From contig CM030333.1 in assembly GCA_017654855.1 (NCBI GenBank), positions 3,844,001-3,908,000 of the forward strand: a stretch of DNA of 64,000 bases, given 5' to 3'. A program made the translations under genes and the position numbers. The DNA is from Podospora anserina. Lineage: Eukaryota. A model generated the notes under the pieces. The model worked only from the letters and a program-made list of their open reading frames with translations. It did no database searches and had not been told where the DNA came from. Position 1 is the stretch's first letter; each line of letters begins with the position of its first letter. Positions 11,083-25,918 of this stretch are shown here, piece after piece.

Positions 11083-14000
11083 TTTTGTGAAGTTGTGGGG
11101 GTTGTTGTTTTTGAAAAAGTGGTATAGGATCCGGCGAGGATGAGAGTTGGTTTGTAGGTGAAAAGTGACAAAAGTTATGCAAACTCGATAACAAGAGAAG
11201 ACAGAATGTCGATGCACAAGGCGATAGTGGAGGAGAAAACAACAAAAGTAGGTTCAACGGGCAGCGGGGGCTGAGGCTTTTATGGTAAAAAAGATTGTCG
11301 TCTGAAGGTGGACTTGCAAAGCGTTCACGGTGGCAGGGCAGTGCGAACAAGAATTACAGGAACATGCGGTACCTTGCTCGAGGTACAGTACAGAGGTACC
11401 TGGAACACGCCGAGGCGGCAGCAACCCAGGAACACCGTACAACAAGGGGTCTGGGAGTGTGGGGAATGGACAGATGGGAAACTGTGTGTCCTCCCAGTGA
11501 CACAGCGAGCATCTGAAAAGCCAGCCGAAAAGCAGCTGTGCGATGGAATCGTCCACGGATGCGTCCTTGTGTCCTCGACGGCCGTGGCCTGTCTCACGAA
11601 GACCTAGTGGGGTGGTTGGTGGGGCGAAACCAGCGATGGCTGGGCGCGGTACGTACCGGCCGGGCGGTAATTACACACATTACCAGTTGGTAATACTTCC
11701 CGTACGCGAGGCGTCCAGGTTAAAAACAGCGCAACGGTTTCTCTATCGGCGGCCGCTGCGCCCTTTGCGTTTCATTGCCGGGCTACACATTTCGCGATGC
11801 CGCTTTTTAAGGGTTTTTCTTACGTACATTTGCAACACTGTTGGTGCCAGACGAGAGAAGGTCGTGTACACTAGACAGGTCCAGATCGGATGGAAGTTGG
11901 CAAGCTTGCCCCACGTTTGCTGGACTTTGTTGAATCCAGCCATCTTGCCCTTGTGGGATCTTCCTCGTCGGGTCTCGTATGTCCAAGACACACAGTCATC
12001 AGTCCTCGTGGTCTGTTTCCACTTGTTGACCACGAGCATCGATGTCTTTTTCCAGGGTTCTGTTGATGCCCTGTGACACATCTTGGAGGGACCACAATCC
12101 ACATGCTGCCCCGCAAACTTTTGGAGTTTCTTTCACATGGCATCGCGGTCGACGGCGGGACATCCGTGGGTCTGTGATAGGAAGGCTCGGCGACCCGGGT
12201 GACCGGGGTGGGTGACGCCGAATATCAAAATTCGGTGTTGCTTGCGGTCCGACTTCAGCCATTGAGCCGGTACCGAAACGCTCCGTCTACAACTGAGACA
12301 TGAGGCAATATTAATCCTCAAGGCTGGAAAAAAGAAAAGAAATTGGAAATGGAATCGCTGAGGCCTTTTTCCCCATCGCAGCGGCATCTTTCCTGCCGTG
12401 TACTAACCCTGAGAAGGTTTGGGTTGAACATGGGGCTGAAAGATGAAAGTGCTGGGTTCTGGAAAATCATCCGCTCATCCTGGCTCGTTCATCGGAAGAC
12501 TATCACTCCTGCTCCGGCCGAGTCTCCGGGATCTACTTCTTGGACGCGGGTTTCCGGCTCAACAATGAACAGATGTTGCTGTCATTGTGTAGGGTTGCGA
12601 GCGGAAGATGATGAGAGGGCTAATGTAATAGGTGCACAGTGCATGCTGAGATGGGGGTCAGTTCTGTCCGGTTGTCGACATGGAATGAGTGCGTTGTTTG
12701 AAGTCTTGGGTAGGCCGAGACCTTCTGTTTTCTCCCCATCAGGAAGCGTATCTCATCCCCACGATTTCCCCTGGCGGGAGGTGGTGGGAGAGAATGTGTG
12801 GGGTTCGCACCATCAACCTCCGGAATTGCTTGTTGTATGGGTACCGTCTGGAGTTGAATTCTAGACATGTAAAGTTGAAAGGCACTAGGAGAAGTGTCTT
12901 TATGCTGGTCGAGTCATTAGTGCGCATCAAGTTTCGTCGATTCACAAAGACATCCGCTAGACATCAAATCAGCATCTGGTTTCCTATTTTTCTCCTTGAA
13001 GAAAAACCCAGATCTATCTTTGTTTTGACCCTGGGGCCATGTTTCAATCTAAACTTTTTCTCCGGGTGTTCTTTCATCGTCGCATTCTTGGCAATGACCT
13101 GCGGCTCCTGGTGGCTCCGGGGCATGGCAGTGCCCCAAAATCGACGTTCCCGCCGAGCCATGCACGTGTTAAAGATCTGCTGAACATCAGCGCCCTTTGG
13201 GTTGCCTCTTGACATCATCGTGGGTTTGGGTCCAGTGCCGTAACCTGCTGCCGTCGTTCCTTAGCGTCATAACCCCATTTGAGAATCTCCATGAAACAGC
13301 GGCCTTCAGAGCCTCGCTCGTGAGGTGTTGAATTGCCCTCGTATTGTTCTGTACTTACGGTAAGCCACGTCTGTCTTGTAAGTGTGCTAAGTCCCACAAA
13401 CGCGCGTCTTTTTCGCGACGCGGTTGAAGTTGATGAGTGGGTGTGGAGATGGTGAAGTCTGGATGCTGGGCTCAACCCGACCCCACAAAGAATGAAGCGG
13501 CAGCCACACCAGCGGCAGCTGTCTTTGTGGGTGTGTGGCTCGTACCTCGACAGCCTGGCAGCTCGTTTCTGCCCATTAACGAACCGGGAAATTTCGAGGT
13601 GCATCTCGACAAATTTCAAGATTCTCTGCCGTGCAACAGCACACAGCTTTACCGCTTCTTTTCTATCCGCCTTTACCGTAACCTCAGCGGCATACAGTTA
13701 CCCAATAGATTCCTCCTTGCCGCATATTACATCTGCAAGCCGGACCGCAACTCGCGCAGCATCCCATCCGCTTCCGGGTCCAAACTTGAAGTCTTCCACC
13801 ACCCCTGTTGAAGTTTTGAAGATGTCAGGTAAGAATAATCCAATTCAATCATCCAATTCATGTGGCGAGATCTCTTCTGGCCAATGGCCGTCCTGAACGC
13901 CGCATCACTTATCGTCCTCCTCCCATTGGTCCCAGCGCCTTTTTGACTAAGTTCTTGAGTTTGGACCACTTCAAGGCTGGTCTGGGCGCGCTACGGCCGC

Positions 14001-14720
14001 CGGGGGTCCACTTCGGACTCCCCGCGGTGCCGCATCAGACGGACGACGGGTGTTACATCGCATGCCCAGGAACGCCTGGTTCCTATCATGAACATTCAAA
14101 TGAGAAGAACATCTGCTCAAAAGTCACCGGTACTTCGTATGTTTGACAGTTAGTGCAAGGGGAAATTCCCTCAAACTAGACATGGGACAAATCCTTTCTG
14201 CATTTGTATTTCTCTCTGCCAGATCCGTTGTCTTGTTGCATGTGGTTGACCAGATGGGCATGTGCTGGCCAACACAGTGTAGAACTGCCGGTGTCGGGCT
14301 GCCTGGGCTTCAAGGTGTCGACACACGTCTAGAAGCAGCAGATTGGATACTCATCAAGTTTGGCATCAGCGGAGATGTACATTTCTGTGCCTTCAAGATT
14401 GCTAATTAGTTGAACATCAAGGTTCAGCCAAGTTACGGACAAGACTTCCAGAACAACCATTCAGACTTCTGTACCATGTATGATACATGTAAGAGTTGCG
14501 CCAATGAACACAACTTCCCCACGCTCTCCACGACAGATTGTGACAACCGCTGTGGTGACACGTTGACACCGAATAGGTCGCTGTGCTCCCGCACGCAACA
14601 AACGCCTAGAAACCATAAAAAGAGCAACGCTAGCAATCCTCAGCTCAGGCCTACATGACACGGATCTTGACAACCAAATATCCCGCAACATAGCAGCTAC
14701 GCCCCATCTCCTTGATATGC

Positions 14721-17509
14721 TCAAGCAAGTTCAAGGGCTGGAAATATCGATGTATGTGTAGGCTGTTGATCCTCGAAATCCTCGATGGGATCGCTGGAGT
14801 AATTCGGAATGCTTCGAATATCAGCCCGGCCATCAACGGCTCGCTTCCTCGGCCGACCTCTTCTCTTGGTTGCAGCTCTGGCAACTACTGGCGCTTTGCT
14901 TCGTTCCTGGAGCTGTGAACGGCTGCCCATAAAGAGCTTTGGTGGGGCAAATCGTGTTTGGTCTTCAACTCCTTGGACCCCTGACTGTTTGACCCCCACA
15001 GACCGCGGGGGTGCCAGAGCTGGCGCCGCAGACGACAGGTCAACAGATGCGGGTAACGATCCCGAACTATTGCTCCCCACGTAGCCCGCAGATCCCGATG
15101 TATGAGCCCTACCTGGTTCCCCACGGGGAGACTCCTGGCTGACAGATTCCGTACTGGTCGTGTTCTGGCTGTCAGGCTCGGCGTCTGATAAGTGTCTGTA
15201 TCCCTGGTCATCAAGGACATTGCTGCCAGGCTCCTCACTGAGGATAGATGCACAACGAATGGACTGGCTCTGGGAACCCCCGTTCTGTGATTGGGGAGTG
15301 CCTTGACTGTTGTCGTCTATGTGACTTGCAGAAATTCCCGCATCCGACTCAATAATGCTACTGCTAGCAATGGCCCCGAGGCTTGGGACGTCTGATGAAG
15401 ACCATGGCTCAACAGAGTCAGACGGCTGGCAAATATCAGCTGTGTACAATGGACAGCCTGTTGCCGCAGTACTGTTGATTTCCATCTCCGGTGGCCCCTT
15501 GGTACACGACAAGCTTGAAGACCTAGATGGCTGCAATGCTCGGGCGGCATCCCGCGATGCTTGGGTGAACGCCATGGACTCAATGATATTGCTACTATCA
15601 TCACCGAATACAAATGACCGCCATACCTCGTCAGTCTCGAGGGTCTGTGTCGTGATCTGTTGGTGTGGAACCTCACAAGAGCGTTCCAGAGATAGTGATT
15701 CTTTCGACCATGAATTGCCGCAGGAGTTTGCGATGTTGCCACTCGATATGCTGCTACTTAATATGGGCTGATGGTTTTGAGGGTCCGGGGTGGTGATTGT
15801 GTTTTCGCCGCCATGATGATAGCTACCGGATCCCCAGAGTTCGGTAGCGTCGACTGTGGGGTTATCCATCTGGCCAGACGCGAGACTGCTGAAGCAGCTG
15901 TTGCTTGTGTTCTCGTCCCCAAACTTCCTGGTGAGATTCAAGCTGGAGCTACTGTTCGTAACGTTGCCATCTTCGAGGCGGTCTGCCTGGCGTTTATCAA
16001 GATTATCTCGATACATGTTCCTCTCTCCAGGGCTGCTGAGCGTATTCAGACCGCTGTTATCTGTGAAACTGTCGATGGTGTTCGCCGAATATGAATAACC
16101 GTCGTACTTCTGGGTTCCTTGAGCCATCGCCAACAGCTGCTCGTATCGATCAAGAGCCTCTGAGGTATCTTCTGAACCATGACTGATAGGTTGCTTCGTA
16201 GAATGGTCAAAGGCAGTACTGGTGGATTCCTGCGAATATGGAAATGAAGGTAGATCTTCTGAGAAACCTGCCCAGGACGATTCCGTCTCTTGCTGATGCC
16301 TCTGGCTGATCCCGGGGCTGATCTGCACTTCCGGCGACCGCTGAGTCCCAGCACCCATCTCCTTGTTCGAAGTCTCTTGGCGACGAAACCAGTTATTCCA
16401 TTTGGAATTCGATTGTTTCTGGGAGGCTGGAACATTTGGAACCATCTGACCTACACGTGCGACGGTACTATTCGTGTCTTGAGAGTCCGGGTAGTGTTGT
16501 CGAGCGAAATTGCTAGTCCTTGACCGTGAGACATGGCGACCTAAAGGCGATGAGGATGATGATGGATCAATAGAGCCAGGAACCAAAGGAATAGTATACT
16601 CTCCTCTGATCCGCTCATTTCTATCCATCTGCGAAGATAATGGTGTCTTGGATAATGAATGCCCACTCCTCTGACGCAACCGGCTAGAGTCTAGGAAGAA
16701 GTTTAGTTCGGTATCAAATATTCCAACAATATTTATAACCCACTTCTATAGGTATGTTGCGAGGATGGTCTTGCCGGATGCGAAGTCTTCTCAGTGCGCG
16801 CCTGGCTAGCTGTTCTGATAGTGTTCCATCCGCTGATGGCCGAACCTTCAGCACCAAGTCTCTTCTGTTGACTTCCCACTCGAATCTTGACGGCATCACG
16901 GCCAATGGCCGGTACTGACAGGTCAAGTTTGCGCTTTCGGGTATCGGCATGCGAAGGCGCATTACCTGGTCCATGTCGTACTACTGGTGCATGCAGCCAA
17001 GGGTCCGGTCGTGGAGGAGGTTCGGGTCGTCGGCGGCGCTTCAAAGGATCCGGCGTTGGATCTCGACCTGTTTCCTAACCCAGGTCTGCGAGAAACTTCA
17101 GCCTCATCTCCTTGAGCTTCTCTTCCCCATACTTGGCAAGCAGTGTTTCAGACCCCCGGTTACGTGGCGGCTGTTCAAGCGGTTGATGGGTTGCTGAACC
17201 GTGACTGTCCTGTCGAGCTGGGACCTTGAAGAATGACCGAAGCTGTTCGATGGCTTCCTCATGGCCTGGGCTATATTGGTTCTGAATGCCTGAGGATGAT
17301 CCCCTTCGGCCCGGCTGAGGCGATGGTTGATGTGCAAGTATCACTGTTTGGCGAGATGACGAGCGCCTGCCGTCGTTTCTAGCAGCCTCCCTTTCTTCGG
17401 CTTGGGCTCTAATGCGAGCAAAGTACTCCTTCTGGCGTTGCTTAGCAGGGTTAACCTTTCTCAGTCTGCCGCGTTTCGAACGATGAAGATCTCCATCAAT
17501 CCAGTTCAT
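14721..17509 (-). CDS. Large Ser-rich disordered protein (911 aa if the UAG is read through), N-terminal MNW..RQKEYF motif, C-terminal AT-hook-like KRRGRPRK; single in-frame TAG at 17075-17077; exons 17509-16744, 16690-14721
   Basis: ORFs 17075-17605 and 16733-17044 are in the same frame, separated only by a TAG. A 53-nt intron (16743-16691, GTGGGT..ACTAA..TAG) joins in frame to the 652-aa ORF. Confidence 0.75.
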
Positions 17510-17901
17510 CCTGGCTCTTGAGAGGGGCGTTCCATTCCTCCCGTGTGTTTGCACCAGAAAAGGCCCAGGCGAGGATGCCGACCTTCGCTGTGGAAAGTAT
17601 GGCATGACGAAGTGGAAGCCGCGGCGGGCTGATCACGAGTGAAGTGGATTGAAGAGAAGGAGCTGACAACTCATATAAAATTGGGCGTCGACAGAATTGG
17701 GATGGTACCCATCATGGTTGGAAAGTGGAAGTTGTCACATCCTGCCGTCGGGTCCCATCTCACCAAGATTTCCAGAGAAAGAACTACCCCTGTCAAGCGT
17801 GCCTTCCATAAAGCTTCCAGAACACAGCTTAAACTGCCGGCCGGGCCGTCAACGTCAACCCCGCATCTCCGCAACCACAACCTCGCTCCTTCAACCCCAC
17901 C

Positions 17902-18976
17902 ATGAGAGCTTCAACAACAACCACATTGAGGACATTGCGACGCCTCACGTCTCTCAGCCGCCATCCAACCCAAACAATCTCTTGCGCACAACTCCCTCTC
18001 CCCTCGTTCTTTCGCAAAATGTCCTCTTCCCCCCTCCGCCCAAACGACGCCCGGCACTACCCTCCTCCGCCAGCCCGTAACCCTAGCCTGCATCCAACTC
18101 CCCTCTACATCCACCAAATCCGACAACCTCTCCCACGCCGCCACCGCCGTCTCCTCGGCCGTCAAATCCACCTCGGCCAAAATCGTCGTCCTCCCCGAGT
18201 GCTTCAACTCCCCCTACGGCACCGACCACTTTCCCTCCTACGCCGAGCCCCTCCCCGCGGACCCCTCCAACCCCTCCCCCGACCTCAACCCATCCTTCCT
18301 CGCCCTCCAAAACATCGCCCGCGACAACAAAGTCTACCTCATCGGCGGCTCCATCCCCGAGCTTGTCGTTGAAAGCAACAACAACGAGAAGAAATACTAC
18401 AACACCTCCCTCATCTTCTCACCCGAGGGAAAACTCCTCGCCACGCACAGAAAAGTCCACCTTTTCGACATTGACATCCCGGGCGGGATCACGTTCACCG
18501 AGTCGGACATCCTGTCGCCGGGGAATAAGCTTACGATTGTGGACCTCCCCGAGTACGGCAAGATAGCCGTGGCGATTTGCTATGACATTCGCTTCCCCGA
18601 GTTGGCGACCATTGCGGCCAGAAAGGGATGCTTCGCGTTGATCTATCCCGGTGCTTTCAACCTTACTACTGGGCCGCTGCACTGGAAGCTGTTGGGACAG
18701 GCGAGGGCGGTGGATAACCAGCTGTATGTGGCGCTGTGCAGTCCGGCGAGGGATATGACCGAGGGGGTGTACCATGCTTATGGGCACAGTTTGATCGTGG
18801 ACCCGATGGCGAAAGTGCTGGAGGAGGCTGGTGAAGGGGAGCAGGTTGTTAGTGCGGTGTTGGATGGGGACAGCATTGAGAAGGCGAGAAAGGGGATTCC
18901 ATTGAGGGATCAGAGAAGGTTTGATGTTTATCCTGATGTTAGTGAGGGGAAGGTGAACTATGACGAGAAGCCATAG
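17902..18976 (+). CDS. Carbon-nitrogen hydrolase, Nit2/Nit3-like omega-amidase, with possible mitochondrial presequence; 1-bp frameshift in the C6 run at 18029-18034
   Basis: Motifs VVLPECFNSPYG, GGSIPE, HRKVHLFDIDIPG, ICYDIRFPE, YPGAFNLTTGPLHW, RAVDNQ give the Glu-Lys-Cys triad. The ATGs at 17902 and 18019 come into frame only if one C is removed. Confidence 0.9.
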
Positions 18977-19302
18977 ATACGATGAATGTGTGAGAAGATA
19001 CGAGGTGTAGGTATATAATGACATGATGACACCAAAATCAAGAGTTTCAAGTTGCAAAACAATGTATGAGGAAGACCCATTCTTTCTTGTTGATGCAATC
19101 GACCTTTATGAGAAGCTTCTATGGTTCGCTTCAGATACCCCTTTTCAGGAGGCTTTTACCGCACCCACTGCCCTCTACCCATTTACAGCAGCAAAGGCTT
19201 GACCGTTTGCTGCCCTCCTTTTCCCGGTGCTATCTCCTAGTAAATGTTTGGAATATACCGGAGCCTCTAGTCTCTAAACCACAGTCACCCTTCTTAAATC
19301 GC

Positions 19303-21043
<1,741 letters not shown>

Positions 21044-24000
21044 TTTGAGAGATTGGTGGAGGTTACGAGTGGTCTGGAAGGTATGAGGTGGCCTGGATAG
21101 AAGACGCCTTGCACAAACTCGAAGTGAAGCCAACTTGAAGGAGGGGCAGGCAAAAAGTGATGGTGGAGGTGGGGTTTATCAACAACGATACGGCAAACCG
21201 ATTGTAGCGAGCGGGTGCAGAGATTTTTCTTCAGGGAGGTATGAGCGAATTACAGGGTCCAAACTTCGCGGTGTGGAGAGCCCAGCTTGAGGGTTGGAAG
21301 TAAAAACTCAAACATAACCCTGGAAAATACTCATTCTGACGTCTGAAATCTGCCAACCTTTCATCCGTAGCTATCCGTGGCTGTCGTCGCACTATCTTAT
21401 CGCTATCAAAAACAGGCAATGCTTTTGAGGCACAGGGGTAATGAGGAGGGGTCACTAGCAACAAAATCAACTTGCCATAGACAGACTCCCTGAACTAGAG
21501 CAAAATGGAGAAGGAGATGTTGTGGTCTGTCTGGAAGCTTCATTGTTATTTCAGTAAGTTGGGTGTACTTGGACAACAACTGTGCGACGCACGGCGTTGA
21601 GCCGGAGAGCGAAAGCGATGGCCGGGATTGAGCCGCTCAGAGGAGACCTCTACCTGCCGGACTGGACGGCCCCGCTCCGGCGACAGCTCGGACCTTTGCC
21701 CAGCGAGGGCCTGAGGGGTCAAAAAGGCAGGACGCTAATGAGGGCTGAGGAATGTCTGAGCGCCCGATCATTGGCACCATCGCGTTGAAGATCAGCAGAT
21801 GATGTTTGCAGCTCACGGAACGGCGCGATCACTCACCACTTCAACTGCGCACGAGCTGCCGTAAGTGGATGGTGACAATCCGAGGCACAGAGCTTGCGGG
21901 CCCCGTGGGCCGTACCACCGGGGATGTGCCGTGCCGTGATTTGTATGATGCTCACTCCTTCACGTTTGGAATAATAATGATGATGTCGGATTGGGGGCCC
22001 TTCCTACCCAGCAGACAGCTATCGAGTAAATTATGGCCGAGGTAGTTGGTGTCTTTTGTCTCGAGCAGGCTGTGTAACAGTGACTCGGCCTCATTGCCAG
22101 ACACCACATGTCTTTGATGCTATGCTGTATACAGATCACCACAAATAGATTGTAGATTCGCCGAGGTCAGCTTGATGGCTCGGGTCCCTGCACCCCTCCG
22201 AGACCACCCTCCCGCTGCTCCCAAACTGTTCAGTGAGCCAAAGACCGGTGAGAATGTCTGCGGCCATGCAGTCGCCCGAAACGCACTATCAAAAAACAAA
22301 AGTGACGCCGCATGCCCACACTGCGGAATCGGCGTAGCTGCAGAATATATTAATCGGTATATGTTGGCGTTGCTGCCATGTGGCTCTGATTGGTACGGCG
22401 GGCTGTAGATGTTTCCAGGAACACCGTGGCTTTGGATGTCGTCAAAAGCTTCCTTTGCGTGTGTCATTGAACACGAAATCATCATGACGACAAACTCCAT
22501 TCCCGTCTCACTGAGGGCTGATCTGTGCCCTTCTTGTCAGTCAACCAGTAGGGCTAGGTAGGAACTTTTAGTGAAAAGTGTCCACCCAAGCCCTGGTGAA
22601 GTCCATTCTCGCTTGCCCCTCATCTCATGGATGATTGCGAAAGACGGAAAAAAGAAACGAAGTTTTGAAGCTACACAGGTCAACTCCACAAGATGCTGCG
22701 CACGCTGGAGATGGTCACGTCCATCCGCCACCGGAGAGAATGTACCGTAGGCATCTATCTGGCAGTTCCCAGTCAGTGAGCCTATCGACAGCTTGGTGAG
22801 CCCAAAGACCAAAAACAATGACGAACATCTGACACTTGAAGCGCACAGATCAGGCCCAAACGCTCGGGGCGGTTCGCGTGGCATTTTGTGGCAGTTTGAA
22901 AGGCTAGCAGGCCACAGGGGCCTCTTACAAGGTGAGTGGCTCGGGGAAAATGTGGTAAATCTGGAGACGAAGTGAGCCCGAGCCGTCGACCTGCATCTGC
23001 CCGCGGCCCTTCATTGGTGCATGTGAAGTCAAAGGACCCGCCCACATCTTCAATTCAACTCATTGTCCAGCTTCGGAGCTAGCGGGGAGAGGCAGCTGCA
23101 GCCCGGGGCGCAATAAAAGGGGTTTCCGCCGTTCTTGGTAGGAAAAAGTGCATTACCGAGATACAGGACACGCGCATAGGCGCAAGCGCTCGGTCTTCGT
23201 GTTCTGGTGTCTTTGAGTAAGACTTCTTAAAGGGCAGCGTGAAAAACCATCAGTTCGGTACCGTCAAAGTTGGCTGTAGTGTAAAGGCATACGGATACCT
23301 AGAATTTAAGGGTTGAGCATGCTGCCCAGTTGTTGCGCCGGAGCGGGCCCTGCCTCCGCTTCCGGTTGTTACGGCCGGTGTTGACAGAGCAGGCCTTGAT
23401 AAGAGGCAAGGAAGCGAGCTGAAATCCGTGGCGATGGCGCCAAAGCTGGCGACTGATGGAGCCCTTTTTGATGACAAACTAGAGGTTTTAGTTGCGATCA
23501 ACCGTTACGGATTGCGGACCCGACCTTGACGGGCTTGGCCACTCCATCGGATCTGCTGGTATTGGACATTTGCGAAATGCACCGATGATACTGCGCAGCA
23601 AAAGAAGAGGAATTCCAGAACACACGGCCCACCCGAACCACGAGGACCACCGCGTGGCCAGTGTGCAGTACTCGGTAGGTGGAACAATGAAAGACATTGA
23701 GGAATGAATACTCTGTACCTCTACTCAAAAAAGAAGAAGTACGAGATGCTGAGATAGATGCAGGCAGTTGCAAGACATGAACCCCTGAACAAGTGCTTAC
23801 CACTTTTCGAGGTGTGTCTGGCGTGCCTTGCTAGTGTACCGCGCTCTCTTCAGCACGGCCCACGCAGGGCCCCTCGAGGCGAGAAGAATGGGGTTGCATG
23901 GATGGACATGGGTGCATCGATGCATGGAAAGATGAGCGCTGCAGAAGAATTAATACGGGGGGAGGTCGCACCTGGCGCTGAGCCAAGGGTCGCCGGCCGT

Positions 24001-24600
24001 TCTGCTGCTCTTTTTGCTGCTTCTGCTGCCCATCCCCTCGGTGCACCTGATCGATCCTCTCACCTAAAAATCCTGTATTACGATTATTCCTCTCAGCTTC
24101 CATTCTTCTATCCTTTTTGTTCTCGCTGCCGGACCGCTCGGATTGTCCTCACTCTCCCGTCATAATCCCCCCTTTCTGTCAACCCGCCGTGGCCCGCTTT
24201 CCCCATCCATCACATCCCGGCTCACTCCTCGTCAGTCCAGCTCCAGTTTCACCAGCAACCCCCAGACAACAGCAGACAGCATTGTCGAGAAGCGCCAATT
24301 GCCCATCGGAAGCCTGGCCGGTCGATGGTAAGGCGAGGATAAGGCGCCATTGAGATCGAATCTCGACCACGGGCTCGCTGCGACGTCATTACGACCTTCT
24401 TACAGCGCCATCAGGCGTTTCATGTCCTGTGGACCTCAGCTCCCCTTCGTGCGCCGCCCTCCGTCATTCGCTCGCAGCACGCCCTCGACAGCTAATACTC
24501 CGAAGTTCGACAATCGTCACACGCCGAACGACCTTTTTTGGTTTTTCCTTTTTGATATTTCGCATCGATTCGCCATCACAACGACCACCCGACTGATATA

Positions 24601-25918
24601 ATGTGTTTTGGAGCTCGTGAAAAGGGCGACGAGGCCGGCGCGGCCAGGTCGCGTGAGTTGGACAAGATTATTCGTGCCGATGAGAAGAAGATGTCAAAGG
24701 AGGTGAAGCTGCTGTTGTTAGGTACGGATGCTTCGGCCCGGTCTATTGCGCTGTCTGCAGCTATCCTAACTGTGTCAAACAGGAGCGGGCGAATCCGGCA
24801 AATCCACGGTGCTCAAGCAGATGAAGTTGATCTACGCGCAGGGGTTCAGCAAAAGCGAAAAGCTGGAGTGGAAGCCAGTAGTATTCCAGAATATCGTCCA
24901 TTCCTTTCGATTAATCTTCGACGCCATGAACGAGCTTAACATCCCATTTGAGAACCCAGATAACGAGGTTGGTATCTAACTACTTGAGTGTTTGGCTCTC
25001 CCCCGCTAACGCAACATGCGTAGAAAAACATGGCGCACATTATGGTGGACTACGATGTGGTTGCGGATGAGCCACTGCCAGAAGACTACTTGGAGCCCAT
25101 CAAAAGCTTATGGCAAGACCAGGGCGTGAAGAGTGCCATCGCGAAGGGCAACGAATATGCCTTGCATGACAACCTTGACTAGTAAGCAGCCTGCGCCGTC
25201 GCCTCTGTTGTGATATTTTGCAATTTGCTGACCAACCCGCTTGCAGCTTCTGCGGCGATTTGGATCGTGTTTGGGCCAAAGACTACGTACCAACTGATCA
25301 GGATTTGTTGCGCTCAAGGTTAAGGACAACGGGCATCACTGAGACGATCTTCGACCTCGGTCAACTCACATATCGCATGTTCGACGTCGGCGGCCAAAGA
25401 TCAGAACGCAAGAAGTGGATTCACTGCTTCGAAAACGTCAACTGCCTGCTGTTTTTGGTAGCTATTTCAGGTTACGACCAATGTCTGGTGGAAGACAAGG
25501 ACGGTGTATGTTGACCCCCACACATACCTCAATACCGTTACCAGAAAAAAACGGAAACTAACGATTGAACTAGAACCAAATGAACGAAGCCCTGATGCTG
25601 TGGGAGTCCATCGCCAACTCTCACTGGTTCAGCAAGTCTGCGCTGATCCTCTTCCTGAACAAGATGGATCTCTTCAAAGAGAAGCTGGCCAAGAGCCCGA
25701 TAACAGATCACGGCTTCACCGACTACCACGGCCCACCGGACGACCCGAACCTGGCCAGCAAGTACTTCATGGACAAGTTCCGGGCGCTGAACCGGAACCC
25801 AGAGAAGGAGATTTACGGACATTTCACCAACGCGACCGACACCAACTTGCTCAAGATCACCATGGGTTCCGTGCAGGATATGATTATCCAACGGAACTTG
25901 AAGCAGCTTATACTGTAA
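24601..25918 (+). CDS. gna-2: Heterotrimeric G-protein alpha subunit, fungal group II (GNA-2-like), multi-exon
   Basis: MCFGAREK start lacks a Gly2 myristoylation site. Motifs [47 protein letters not shown]. The C-terminus LKQLIL lacks the pertussis-toxin Cys. Confidence 0.93.

Noticed and set aside
13215-13830. Protein-like minus-strand stretch (VEDFKFGPGSGWDAARVAVRL...)
   Set aside because: Interrupted by a stop, no start or family identifiable; possibly a relic, but unsupported.
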